Shown: positions 1 to 6,891 of the stretch, piece after piece
Numbering within the stretch: the stretch's first letter is position 1
How the letters are laid out: the number at the start of each line of letters is the position of its first letter
Assembly: GCA_040752415.1 (NCBI GenBank)
Contig: JBFMGU010000292.1
Span: 1 to 12,881, forward strand
Direction: 5' to 3'
Length of the DNA: 12,881 nt
Source of the DNA: Myxococcota bacterium
GTDB lineage: Bacteria; Myxococcota; JACRCW01
The notes under the pieces: model-generated
What the model saw: only the letters and a program-made list of their open reading frames with translations
What the model was told of the DNA's origin: nothing
The model's database searches: none
Program-made: the position numbers and the translations under genes

Positions 1-877
1 ACTCCTCGCCCTCACGACGCACCGGCGCGCCCTGCGGCACACTCCCCGACGTCGCCGACCCAATGGGTTGCTGTCCGGTGGTGAGCTGCTTCTGCGCCAA
101 CGCGCCCGCCACCGACGTGACCAGGCTCGCCGCACCGGGATTCCCGCCCTGCAACAGCTCCACCGGCACGGGCAGCACAATCGTGGTGTTCTGGTTCGTG
201 CTGACCTCGACGAGCGTCTGGTACAGCCGGAGCTGCAACGCTTCCGGGTGGGACGCCAGCTGCTTGGCCGCCTCCGCCAACTGACGCGCCGCCTGCTCCT
301 CGCCCTGCGCGGCAATCACCTTGGCCCGACGCTCCCGCTCCGCCTCCGCCTGGCGCGCCATGGCCCGCTTCATCTCCTGCGGCAGGACGATGTCCCGCAG
401 CTCCACCGCGGTGATCTCCACGCCCCACTGCTCCACGCGCAGGTCCAGGATGCTGCGGATCTCCTCGTTGATCTTGTCGCGCTGGGAGAGCACGTCGTCC
501 AGGTCCATGCGGCCCAGCACCGCGCGCAGCGTCGTGGAGGCGAGCTGCAGCGTGGCGGTCATGTACTCCTCCACGCGCAGGATGGCGTCGCGCGGGCTCT
601 GCACGTCCGCGTAGACCACGGCGTCCACCTGGATGCTGATGTTGTCCGCCGTGATGACCTCCTGCGGCGGAATGGGAATGGCCTTGATGCGCGTGTCGAC
701 GACGCGAGCCTTGTCGATGCCGTACGGCATCAGGAAGACCATACCGGGCCCGGTGGTGCCCTTCAGCGCCCGGCCCAACCGGAAGACCACGGCCCGCTCG
801 TACTCGCGCAGCACGCGCACCGACGAGAGCAACGTGGTGATACCCAGCACCCCCAGCACACCGATGAGCCACTCCAT
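1..877 (-). CDS. SPFH/band 7 domain protein (slipin/stomatin-like), 3' end runs off the window
   Basis: Manual translation from ATG 877: MEWLIGVLGVLGITTLLSSVRVLREYERAVVFRLGR...GPGMVFLMPYGIDKARVVDTR...PQEVITADNISIQVDAVVY...TTLRAVLGRMDLDDVLSQRDKINEEIRSILD...WGVEITAVELRDIVLPQEMKRAMARQAEAERERRAKVIAAQGE...ALQLRLYQTL...NTTIVLPVPVELL. These are classic stomatin motifs. There are 292 open codons down to position 2, and the next codon starts with T (possibly the stop). Strong SD GGAGGT at 882-887. Missing from the ORF track, presumably because no stop lies in the window. Confidence 0.96.
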   Translation of the reverse strand, partial: MEWLIGVLGVLGITTLLSSVRVLREYERAVVFRLGRALKGTTGPGMVFLMPYGIDKARVVDTRIKAIPIPPQEVITADNISIQVDAVVYADVQSPRDAILRVEEYMTATLQLASTTLRAVLGRMDLDDVLSQRDKINEEIRSILDLRVEQWGVEITAVELRDIVLPQEMKRAMARQAEAERERRAKVIAAQGEEQAARQLAEAAKQLASHPEALQLRLYQTLVEVSTNQNTTIVLPVPVELLQGGNPGAASLVTSVAGALAQKQLTTGQQPIGSATSGSVPQGAPVRREGEE

Positions 878-880
878 CGT

Positions 881-915
881 CACCTCCCGCCGGCCAGCAC
901 GCGGCCTCGGAGGTG
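881..915 (-). promoter_or_regulatory. Hairpin sequestering the SPFH Shine-Dalgarno site
   Basis: Minus strand reads CACCTCC-GA-GGCC-GCGTGCT-GGCC-GGCG-GGAGGTG. The 7-nt anti-SD (909-915) pairs perfectly with the SD (881-887), with an inner GGCC/GGCC stem (903-906 / 892-895). Confidence 0.5.
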
Positions 916-943
916 TTTAGCGACGGAGCACCCGGCCGTCCAA
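914..943 (-). promoter_or_regulatory. Candidate sigma70-type promoter for the SPFH gene
   Basis: TTGGAC (943-938), 18-nt spacer, TAAACA (919-914), in the 71-bp intergenic gap. Confidence 0.35.
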
Positions 944-948
944 GCCAC

Positions 949-3141
949 TCACTCGTAGAAGCGGAAGGCCGGATCCCGCGCGCCGCGGCTGATGAGCCCG
1001 TTGGCGCCGCTGCTCTGCACCGCCAGGTCAAACTGGATGAGCAGCCCGCCCCCCGCCGTGCTGAGGATGCCCACCGCCTTTTCCACGCGGGCAGCGCCCA
1101 CCACGGAGCTCGTCGCCACGGGGATGACCGCGGTGGTGAGGCCGGTGGGCACGGCACCCGCGGCAATGTAGCGACCCACGTCGGGCGCGGTGTCGTCGGG
1201 GTCCAGGCGGAACGGGTCGAAGTTGGACCGCATGGGCACGGTCAGCACGGTGCCGCTGGGCGGCGGGTTCTGCACCACCACGGTGGCGGGCTGCCCTTCC
1301 GTCTCGCCGGGACGCGTCTCCACGGGCTCAGGCCGGCCACCCTGCCATCCCGCCGGGATGATGGTGACGCGCATGGAAGGCAGGTCCACCGTCTGGAAGA
1401 ACGAGATGCGACCGAACGAGCGCCCCGTCAGCCTTCCGTACGCCACCCAGGAATCCGCGGCGCGCACGCTGTAGATGAACCCCTCGTCGCGGGCGAGACA
1501 GTCGCGGTCGGCGAAGGTGCCGGCGAGCTGCAGCTGGTTCCCCGCCACCCCCACGACGGGAAGCGCCACCACCGTGGTGCACTCCGGCTCCGTCTCCGGG
1601 CACTCGCAGCCTTCCTGCGGCGGCACTTCCAGCACGTCGCCCACGCGCACCCCGCGCGAGACGAAATCAAACTGCGCCTGCTCGTCGGCGATGATGTTGT
1701 TGGCAATCTGCGCCGGGGTGGCACCGCCGCGACGGTTGGACACGCCCGCCACGTAGCCTTCCCAGATGAACACGTAGTCGTCGTCGACGAACTGGTTGAT
1801 GAGCGGTGGATTGCCGCTGCCGTCGGAGAGCGTCTGCAGCTCCACCGTGGGACGACGGGAGGGCGTGGTGGACGCACCCGGCTCCAACCCCGGCTCCTGG
1901 TAGGTGTTGGGGCTCGTGTTGACGTCGACGGTGACTCCCGTGGCCGGATCCACCGGCGGGCCGGGCGGAAGCGGGTTGAGGTCCATGAGCCGCGGCGTCC
2001 GTCGACCACCGGCATCCTTGGCGCTCAGGTCCAGGTACAGGATGGTGCCGTCCATCAGCGCAATGAGCCCGTAGGCGAAACCACCCTGCGCCAGCGTCTC
2101 GGGATTCTGCTGGAAGGTGGTGCCCTGGCAGCACATGGGCGTGGGGTCGGGAGCCAGGGCCAGCGCGGCGGCGGGGCGGGGCAGGCGCACCGTGGCCTCC
2201 ACGCGGTCAAACGGCTCAAACGCCACTGACGGATTCGTGGTGAATCGCAACCGCGCCACCACGACGTCAGGACGGTCCAACCGCAAGGCCAATGCTACCG
2301 GGTAGCGACCACGACTGGGATGCGGCTCCACCGCCGCGCTGCCCACCGTCACCTCGTTGGTGGGCCCGCCCACGTCGAGGGTGCAGGGACGCGCCACGCC
2401 GTCACCACACGCGCTGAACGGCGGCACCAGGCCCGCGGGCGCGTCGGTGTCGACGATCCACAGCGAGTTTCCGTCGGCATTGGAGACCACCGCGGTGGCG
2501 CCGTCGTCGGTGATGCCCACGCCGGAGGGACGACCGCCCAGGTCCACGCGCACGCGGGAGGTCTCGCGCCCGTTGCTCCAGCGCAGCAGCGTCAGGCTTC
2601 CGGTGGGGTCGCCAGCGTGGCTGATGGCGACGAGCAGATTGTCGCGATTGCCCTGCACCGCCAGCCCGGTCGGGCGCGCATCGACACCGATGGTGCCCGA
2701 TCCTTCCTTGAAGGTTGTCCAGTTGCTCGCGTCGGCGGCGGTGCCCACATGGAAGAAGCGCAGCTCGCGGTCGGCCGCGTCCAGCGCCACGCCTACCTGC
2801 CCGTCGTTACTGGCCGCCACGTCCTCCGTGAAGCTCCCCAGCTTGACGGCCATGGGGAAGTACACGTTGGGCGCGGGCACCATGAGCCCGTCGGTGAGGT
2901 CGACAGCGCGCAGCTGGCGCAGGTCCGGGTTGGCCGCGAGCGCATACGCGTTGCCGCTCGGGTGCCGCGCAATGGCCACCGACGAAGGGCGGTCCAGGTT
3001 GCCGCTGCCCGCGGTCTGGTCCGACGGACAGAACTGCGCCAGCGGGCCCTGCGGCGTGAACGTGGTGCAGCCCAGCATCCACATCAGCGGGCCGTGGGTC
3101 AGGATGGTGAGGAGCAGGTTGCGGGGTCGGCGCGCGCGCAT
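949..3141 (-). CDS. Putative lipoprotein, YncE/YVTN-like beta-propeller with Pro/Cys-rich C-terminal region (730 aa)
   Basis: Long ORF with a basic N-terminus, hydrophobic stretch and MLGC lipobox-like Cys25. Repeated blade-like motifs: RPSSVAIA, RPTGLAVQ, RPSGVGITDDG..AVVSNADGNSLWIVD, GPTNEVTV, RPAAALALAP. ATG 3141 overlaps the upstream stop (TGATG), with GGAGG at 3148-3152. GTG 3144 is an alternative start. Confidence 0.8.
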   Translation of the reverse strand: MRARRPRNLLLTILTHGPLMWMLGCTTFTPQGPLAQFCPSDQTAGSGNLDRPSSVAIARHPSGNAYALAANPDLRQLRAVDLTDGLMVPAPNVYFPMAVKLGSFTEDVAASNDGQVGVALDAADRELRFFHVGTAADASNWTTFKEGSGTIGVDARPTGLAVQGNRDNLLVAISHAGDPTGSLTLLRWSNGRETSRVRVDLGGRPSGVGITDDGATAVVSNADGNSLWIVDTDAPAGLVPPFSACGDGVARPCTLDVGGPTNEVTVGSAAVEPHPSRGRYPVALALRLDRPDVVVARLRFTTNPSVAFEPFDRVEATVRLPRPAAALALAPDPTPMCCQGTTFQQNPETLAQGGFAYGLIALMDGTILYLDLSAKDAGGRRTPRLMDLNPLPPGPPVDPATGVTVDVNTSPNTYQEPGLEPGASTTPSRRPTVELQTLSDGSGNPPLINQFVDDDYVFIWEGYVAGVSNRRGGATPAQIANNIIADEQAQFDFVSRGVRVGDVLEVPPQEGCECPETEPECTTVVALPVVGVAGNQLQLAGTFADRDCLARDEGFIYSVRAADSWVAYGRLTGRSFGRISFFQTVDLPSMRVTIIPAGWQGGRPEPVETRPGETEGQPATVVVQNPPPSGTVLTVPMRSNFDPFRLDPDDTAPDVGRYIAAGAVPTGLTTAVIPVATSSVVGAARVEKAVGILSTAGGGLLIQFDLAVQSSGANGLISRGARDPAFRFYE

Positions 3142-4469
3142 CACAGGCCTCCCACGGGCAGCGACGGGATGACGCCGCCGCCGGGAATGGGCAGGTCGGG
3201 GTTGTTGCTGGCGCGCTCACGCGGAATGCCCAGCCGCGCCGCCACGAACAGACGGGAATCCTGCGCGTCCTGCGGGAGCCGCACCACCGCCACCGTGTCG
3301 TCGTTGAAATTGCTCACGAACGCCAGGGAGCGCGCATTGTCGACGGCGATCTCGAACGGGCTGTCGCCGATGTCGCGCAGCGCCGCCACCACCTCCAGCG
3401 TGTCCATGTCCAGCACCAGGAGCACGTCGTCACGGAAGCTGGCAGTGAGCACCAGGGAGGGCCCGTTGGCCGGCTCATACAGCGCCACCACGGACGGCTC
3501 CTTGCCAATCTGCGCAATACGCGTGGCGCGGCCCGTGGGGCTCCCGTCCCAGATGCGACGCATGTCCAGCTCCACCACCGCGGGCGGCGTCTTGGTGACC
3601 GCGTAGGCCTTCTGTCGTGCCGCGCTGTAGGCCACTCCGCGCACGTCGAGGGCGCCCACCTGTTCGCGCAGGTCCACGGTGAGGGGATCCGCCTGCGGGC
3701 CGCGCCAGAAGTTCAGCATGCGCAGGTGGCCCACGTCGGCGCCGGTGCCGGGAACCTCGCGCCCCGTCGAGAGCAGGTACTGCGGATTGCCCGCCACGCT
3801 CGGCAGCAGCAGCAACGAGCCCCCGCGGTCCGCGTCCCCCAGGTTCTTCTCCCACCCGATGAACAACCGATCCGAGCCGCTGATGCTGGGCCGCCGGTCG
3901 CCCGCCACGACCTTGCCGCTGCGCAGGAAGCTCACCACCCACCACGTGGCGTTGCCCGCGCCCTGCACCGCCACCAGGCCGTAGGGGTCGTCGTAGGGAA
4001 GCTGCAGGACGTGGTCGCCGCCGGTGCAGTCGGGCGGGTTGCCGCCGCGGTTGCCGCAGGAGAGCGTCACGCCGTCGTCGCGCACGGACAGCTCCAGCTC
4101 GACGAGACGGTTGTCCCCGCGCGTGGTGTGCAGCACGTGGTCGCCGCCCGGGCCCATGGCCAGCGGTCCGCCAAAGGAGGGCACCAGCACGCCGCCGCTG
4201 AACGGGTTTCTGATGTCGCCCTCGTAGCGGTCATTGCGTTGCAGGTGCTGCACCAACCAGCCCAGGTGCGCGCCCACGACGCTGCCGGTGGCGTACCCCA
4301 GGTCGAAGTTGCTGTTGGCCACCAGGAGGACCGGCTCGGTGGGATGCAGCGCCAGACCGGTGGGATAGTGCAGACCGGTGACGGGGCTGCCAGGGGACTG
4401 GATGGGGTCCGGGCACTGGGCACAGCCCGACGCCAGGAGCAAGGTGGGGAGGAGTCTGCGCAGGTACAT
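3141..4469 (-). CDS. Putative lipoprotein, YncE/YVTN-type beta-propeller (442 aa)
   Basis: Start moved to ATG 4469 (MYLRRLLPTLLLASGC, lipobox Cys16). Blade motifs: YPTGLALHP..LLVANSN, DPYGLVAV, VRGVAYS..KAYAVT, IGKEPSVVAL..TASFRDDVLLVLD, IGDSPFEIAVD..LAFVSNFNDDTVAVV. Confidence 0.85.
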   Translation of the reverse strand: MYLRRLLPTLLLASGCAQCPDPIQSPGSPVTGLHYPTGLALHPTEPVLLVANSNFDLGYATGSVVGAHLGWLVQHLQRNDRYEGDIRNPFSGGVLVPSFGGPLAMGPGGDHVLHTTRGDNRLVELELSVRDDGVTLSCGNRGGNPPDCTGGDHVLQLPYDDPYGLVAVQGAGNATWWVVSFLRSGKVVAGDRRPSISGSDRLFIGWEKNLGDADRGGSLLLLPSVAGNPQYLLSTGREVPGTGADVGHLRMLNFWRGPQADPLTVDLREQVGALDVRGVAYSAARQKAYAVTKTPPAVVELDMRRIWDGSPTGRATRIAQIGKEPSVVALYEPANGPSLVLTASFRDDVLLVLDMDTLEVVAALRDIGDSPFEIAVDNARSLAFVSNFNDDTVAVVRLPQDAQDSRLFVAARLGIPRERASNNPDLPIPGGGVIPSLPVGGL

Positions 4470-4483
4470 GGGATGGGGGGCGC

Positions 4484-4512
4484 ACCGTAGGCGGGAGCCC
4501 ATCTGACGGCAA
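4484..4512 (-). promoter_or_regulatory. Candidate sigma70-type promoter of the lipoprotein operon
   Basis: TTGCCG (4512-4507), 17-nt spacer, TACGGT (4489-4484), 14 nt before ATG 4469. No SD between promoter and start. Confidence 0.55.
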
Positions 4513-4525
4513 CCCGTCGCGGGAG

Positions 4526-4596
4526 GGTGGGATTTCAGCACCGGTGGGGACGTGGACCTCCGCGCGATTCTCGGGCCCGGGCGGAGGCGGGATTTC
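4526..4596. repeat. Direct repeat GG(T/C)GGGATTTC x2, 60 bp apart, in the divergent promoter region
   Basis: GGTGGGATTTC at 4526-4536 and GGCGGGATTTC at 4586-4596 (10/11 identical). Confidence 0.45.
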
Positions 4597-4636
4597 CTGG
4601 TTGCGGCCCTGGCTGGGCTCTGTCATCACAACGGCC

Positions 4637-6214
4637 GTGACCCTGCGCGCGTTGCACCTCCGCCGGACCCTGCCACTCGCCGGCGCGGCGGCCCTGATGG
4701 TGGGTCTGCTCGTCGCATCCGGACAGGAAGCGCGCGGTGACAATCCCGGTTGGCGCGCCGGTCCCACCCAGCCGCCCATCCCCACCGACGACGAGACCAT
4801 GGCCCGTCAGCTCCAGCTGGGTGGTCGTCGCTGCCAGGGCGCCTACGCGCAGACCATGTTGGCCCTCACGCCCACCGGTGAGAACCAGCCGGGCAAGAGC
4901 TTCGTGTATTGCCTGCGCAACGTGGCCACGTACGAGCAGGTCTATTACGGCCGCGACGGCAAGCTGAAACACCGCTACCTCAAGGCCACCGCGCACGGGA
5001 CGGGCTTTGCGTACCGGTGGACCGGGCAGGAGACGCTGGTGCTCACCAACCACCACGTGGCGGAGTGGCCCGACGTCACCGACGAGGAAAACAAGGTCTC
5101 CGGCGTTCCCATGGGTGCGCGCAAGGTGCGGGAGGACGTGTTCATCGTCCGCAATGACGAGGATGACTTCGAGCCGGGCTACATCCCGCTGAGCCGCGTG
5201 GTCACGGACAACACGCTGGACGCCGCGGTGCTCAAGACGCGCAACAAGCTCAACGTGCTCCCCCACGCCATTGGCAGCTCCGCGGGGCTGCGTGCGGGCA
5301 CCGCCGTGGAGGTGCGGGGCTATCCGCTGGGCGCGTTCGCGGCGTCCAACGTGGGGAAGGTGACCAACCCGTACGTCGAGGACCTGGAGGGGTCGTGGAA
5401 CCACGGGGACTTTGCGTTCGACGCGCTGGTGAACAAGGGCAACAGCGGCTCCCCCGTGCTGGCGGTGAGCTGTCAGACCGGTGAGTACGAGCTGGTGGGC
5501 CTGTTCCACGCCGGCTACCGCGAGGGCGAGGCCATGAACCTGGCGGTGGGCATCGACGACCTGCGCCCGCTGATGGACAAGCTCACCGCCACGCCGCGCC
5601 AGCGCAATGACGTGTCCTCCATGACGCCGGATGCCCGTCGGGCGCTGGCCACCACGCTGACGGCGCAGGACGGGCCGCTGCTGATGCGTTTTGGCAAGGG
5701 GTTGGCGGAGGTGCGGCTCGTCGACGAGGACATGTTCTCCTTCCGCATCTACGGGGAGAACTACCCGGCCGATCCGTACGTGTTCATCCAGCTTGACGAG
5801 GTGGTGGAGGGCTCGGACACGCCGCCGCGGGTCACGGTGCAGCGCGCGCTGGAGTCCCCCTACGTGGTGCCGGAGGAGATGATGGACGCGGAGACGCGGG
5901 AGCACCTGGACCGCGTGGTGACGTCGTTGCTGACGCGCGTGGCGCGCATGCAGCAGTACCGCGAGGTGGCCGGGGAGCCGCCGCGTTCCCAGGCGCGCCA
6001 CCGTCGGGCGGAGCGCCTGTTGCGGGAGCTGTCACGCCAGGAGAAGGAGCAGCAGGAGCAGCTGGACGTGCTGGGCACCCACCTGGAGCGCGCGCTGGTG
6101 ATGATGCGCAACGCGCCGGTGGTCACCGGTGACGGCGTGCAGCCGCCGCAGGCCAGCGCACCGACGGTGAATGCGCCTTCGGAAGAGGCCACGCCGACCA
6201 CCGCGACGCCGTGA
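4637..6214 (+). CDS. Secreted trypsin-like (S1 family) serine protease without PDZ, with helical C-terminal region
   Basis: HGTGF, LTNHHVA (His), LDAAVLK (Asp), GYPLG and NKGNSGSPV (Ser, codon 5444-5446) give a complete triad. A signal-peptide-like RRTLPLAGAAALMVGLLVASGQEARG follows GTG 4637. Start uncertain; the ORF is open from 4544. Confidence 0.9.
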   Translation: MTLRALHLRRTLPLAGAAALMVGLLVASGQEARGDNPGWRAGPTQPPIPTDDETMARQLQLGGRRCQGAYAQTMLALTPTGENQPGKSFVYCLRNVATYEQVYYGRDGKLKHRYLKATAHGTGFAYRWTGQETLVLTNHHVAEWPDVTDEENKVSGVPMGARKVREDVFIVRNDEDDFEPGYIPLSRVVTDNTLDAAVLKTRNKLNVLPHAIGSSAGLRAGTAVEVRGYPLGAFAASNVGKVTNPYVEDLEGSWNHGDFAFDALVNKGNSGSPVLAVSCQTGEYELVGLFHAGYREGEAMNLAVGIDDLRPLMDKLTATPRQRNDVSSMTPDARRALATTLTAQDGPLLMRFGKGLAEVRLVDEDMFSFRIYGENYPADPYVFIQLDEVVEGSDTPPRVTVQRALESPYVVPEEMMDAETREHLDRVVTSLLTRVARMQQYREVAGEPPRSQARHRRAERLLRELSRQEKEQQEQLDVLGTHLERALVMMRNAPVVTGDGVQPPQASAPTVNAPSEEATPTTATP

Positions 6215-6234
6215 TGGACCCGCTTGCATGAAGT

Positions 6235-6399
6235 CAAAGCGGTAATTCTGACCGCACTCCCAAAGGTGCGGGCCTCGTCGTTCCATTCTTCTCGCGCCCG
6301 CACCGGGTTTCATCGTCGTGTTTCGCCGCGTGCCGGCTTCTTGGACCGGATGGACCGCGCCGCCGGCACCCTGGGAGTGCGGTCAGAATTACCGCTTTG
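6235..6399. repeat. 165-bp inverted-repeat element (REP doublet/REPIN-like or MITE-like) between convergent genes
   Basis: CAAAGCGGTAATTCTGACCGCACTCCCA (6235-6262) and its exact reverse complement (6372-6399). Each arm is itself a hairpin (GCGGT-N7-ACCGC). Two internal hairpins: 6265-6273/6296-6304 and 6330-6337/6362-6369. Confidence 0.85.
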
Positions 6400-6408
6400 C
6401 GTCTGGTT

Positions 6409-6891
6409 CTACGCGTTCGCCAGTTTCCGCTTCAGCGCAGTGGTCGAGTGGTCCTTGGGATCCCCCACGATGACCACCTTCCCACCCAGCTCCCGCACCA
6501 GCGCCGCTTCGGGCACGCTCGTCGTGGTGTAGTCGGTACCCTTGAAGTGGAAGTGGGGCCTGAGCGCGCGCAGCACGTCGCTCACGGTGGCCTCGGAAAA
6601 CAGGTGCACCGCGTCCACGCCGTCCAATCCCGCCACCAGCTCCAGCCGTTCCTGCTCGGGAATCACCGGGCGGTCCGGCCCCTTGGCCGCCCGCACCGAC
6701 GCGTCCGAGTTCACCGCCACCACCAGCACGTCACAGCGACGGGCGGCATCCCGCAGGTAACGCAGGTGCCCCACGTGCAGCAGGTCGAACGCGCCGTTGC
6801 ACAGCCCCACCTTGCGTCCCGCGGCGCGTTCGCGCACTCCCAGTCGCTTCAATCCCTCGCGGGTCAACACCCGGGCCTTGCGCGGCTTCAC
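6409..6891 (-). CDS. rfaE2: RfaE/HldE domain II-type nucleotidyltransferase (D-glycero-beta-D-manno-heptose 1-phosphate adenylyltransferase-like, HldC type)
   Basis: NGAFDLLHVGHLRYL (HxGH), VAVNSDASVR..KGPDRPV, ERLELVAGL..VDAV, KGTDY, HSTT. The GTG start overlaps the kinase stop (GTGA). Confidence 0.9.
   Translation of the reverse strand: MKPRKARVLTREGLKRLGVRERAAGRKVGLCNGAFDLLHVGHLRYLRDAARRCDVLVVAVNSDASVRAAKGPDRPVIPEQERLELVAGLDGVDAVHLFSEATVSDVLRALRPHFHFKGTDYTTTSVPEAALVRELGGKVVIVGDPKDHSTTALKRKLANA

Noticed and set aside
12..1166. 384-aa minus-strand ORF in the track, and the 68..958 plus-strand ORF
   Set aside because: Off-frame and antisense shadows with Arg/Gly/His-rich composition. The real gene is the SPFH frame starting at 877.
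4470..4636. Track starts at 4541 (minus) and 4544 (plus)
   Set aside because: They leave no room for promoters and bury the signal peptides. Starts at 4469 and 4637 fit better.
6213..6220. GATGGACC matching the loop motif at 6349-6356
   Set aside because: Only 8 nt, overlapping the protease stop codon, with no flanking stem. It could be chance or a decayed third unit, and cannot be supported.
6235..6399. Retron msr-msd or CRISPR interpretation of the inverted-repeat element
   Set aside because: No reverse transcriptase or cas gene nearby, no long msd-like hairpin, and only two repeats, which are inverted rather than direct.
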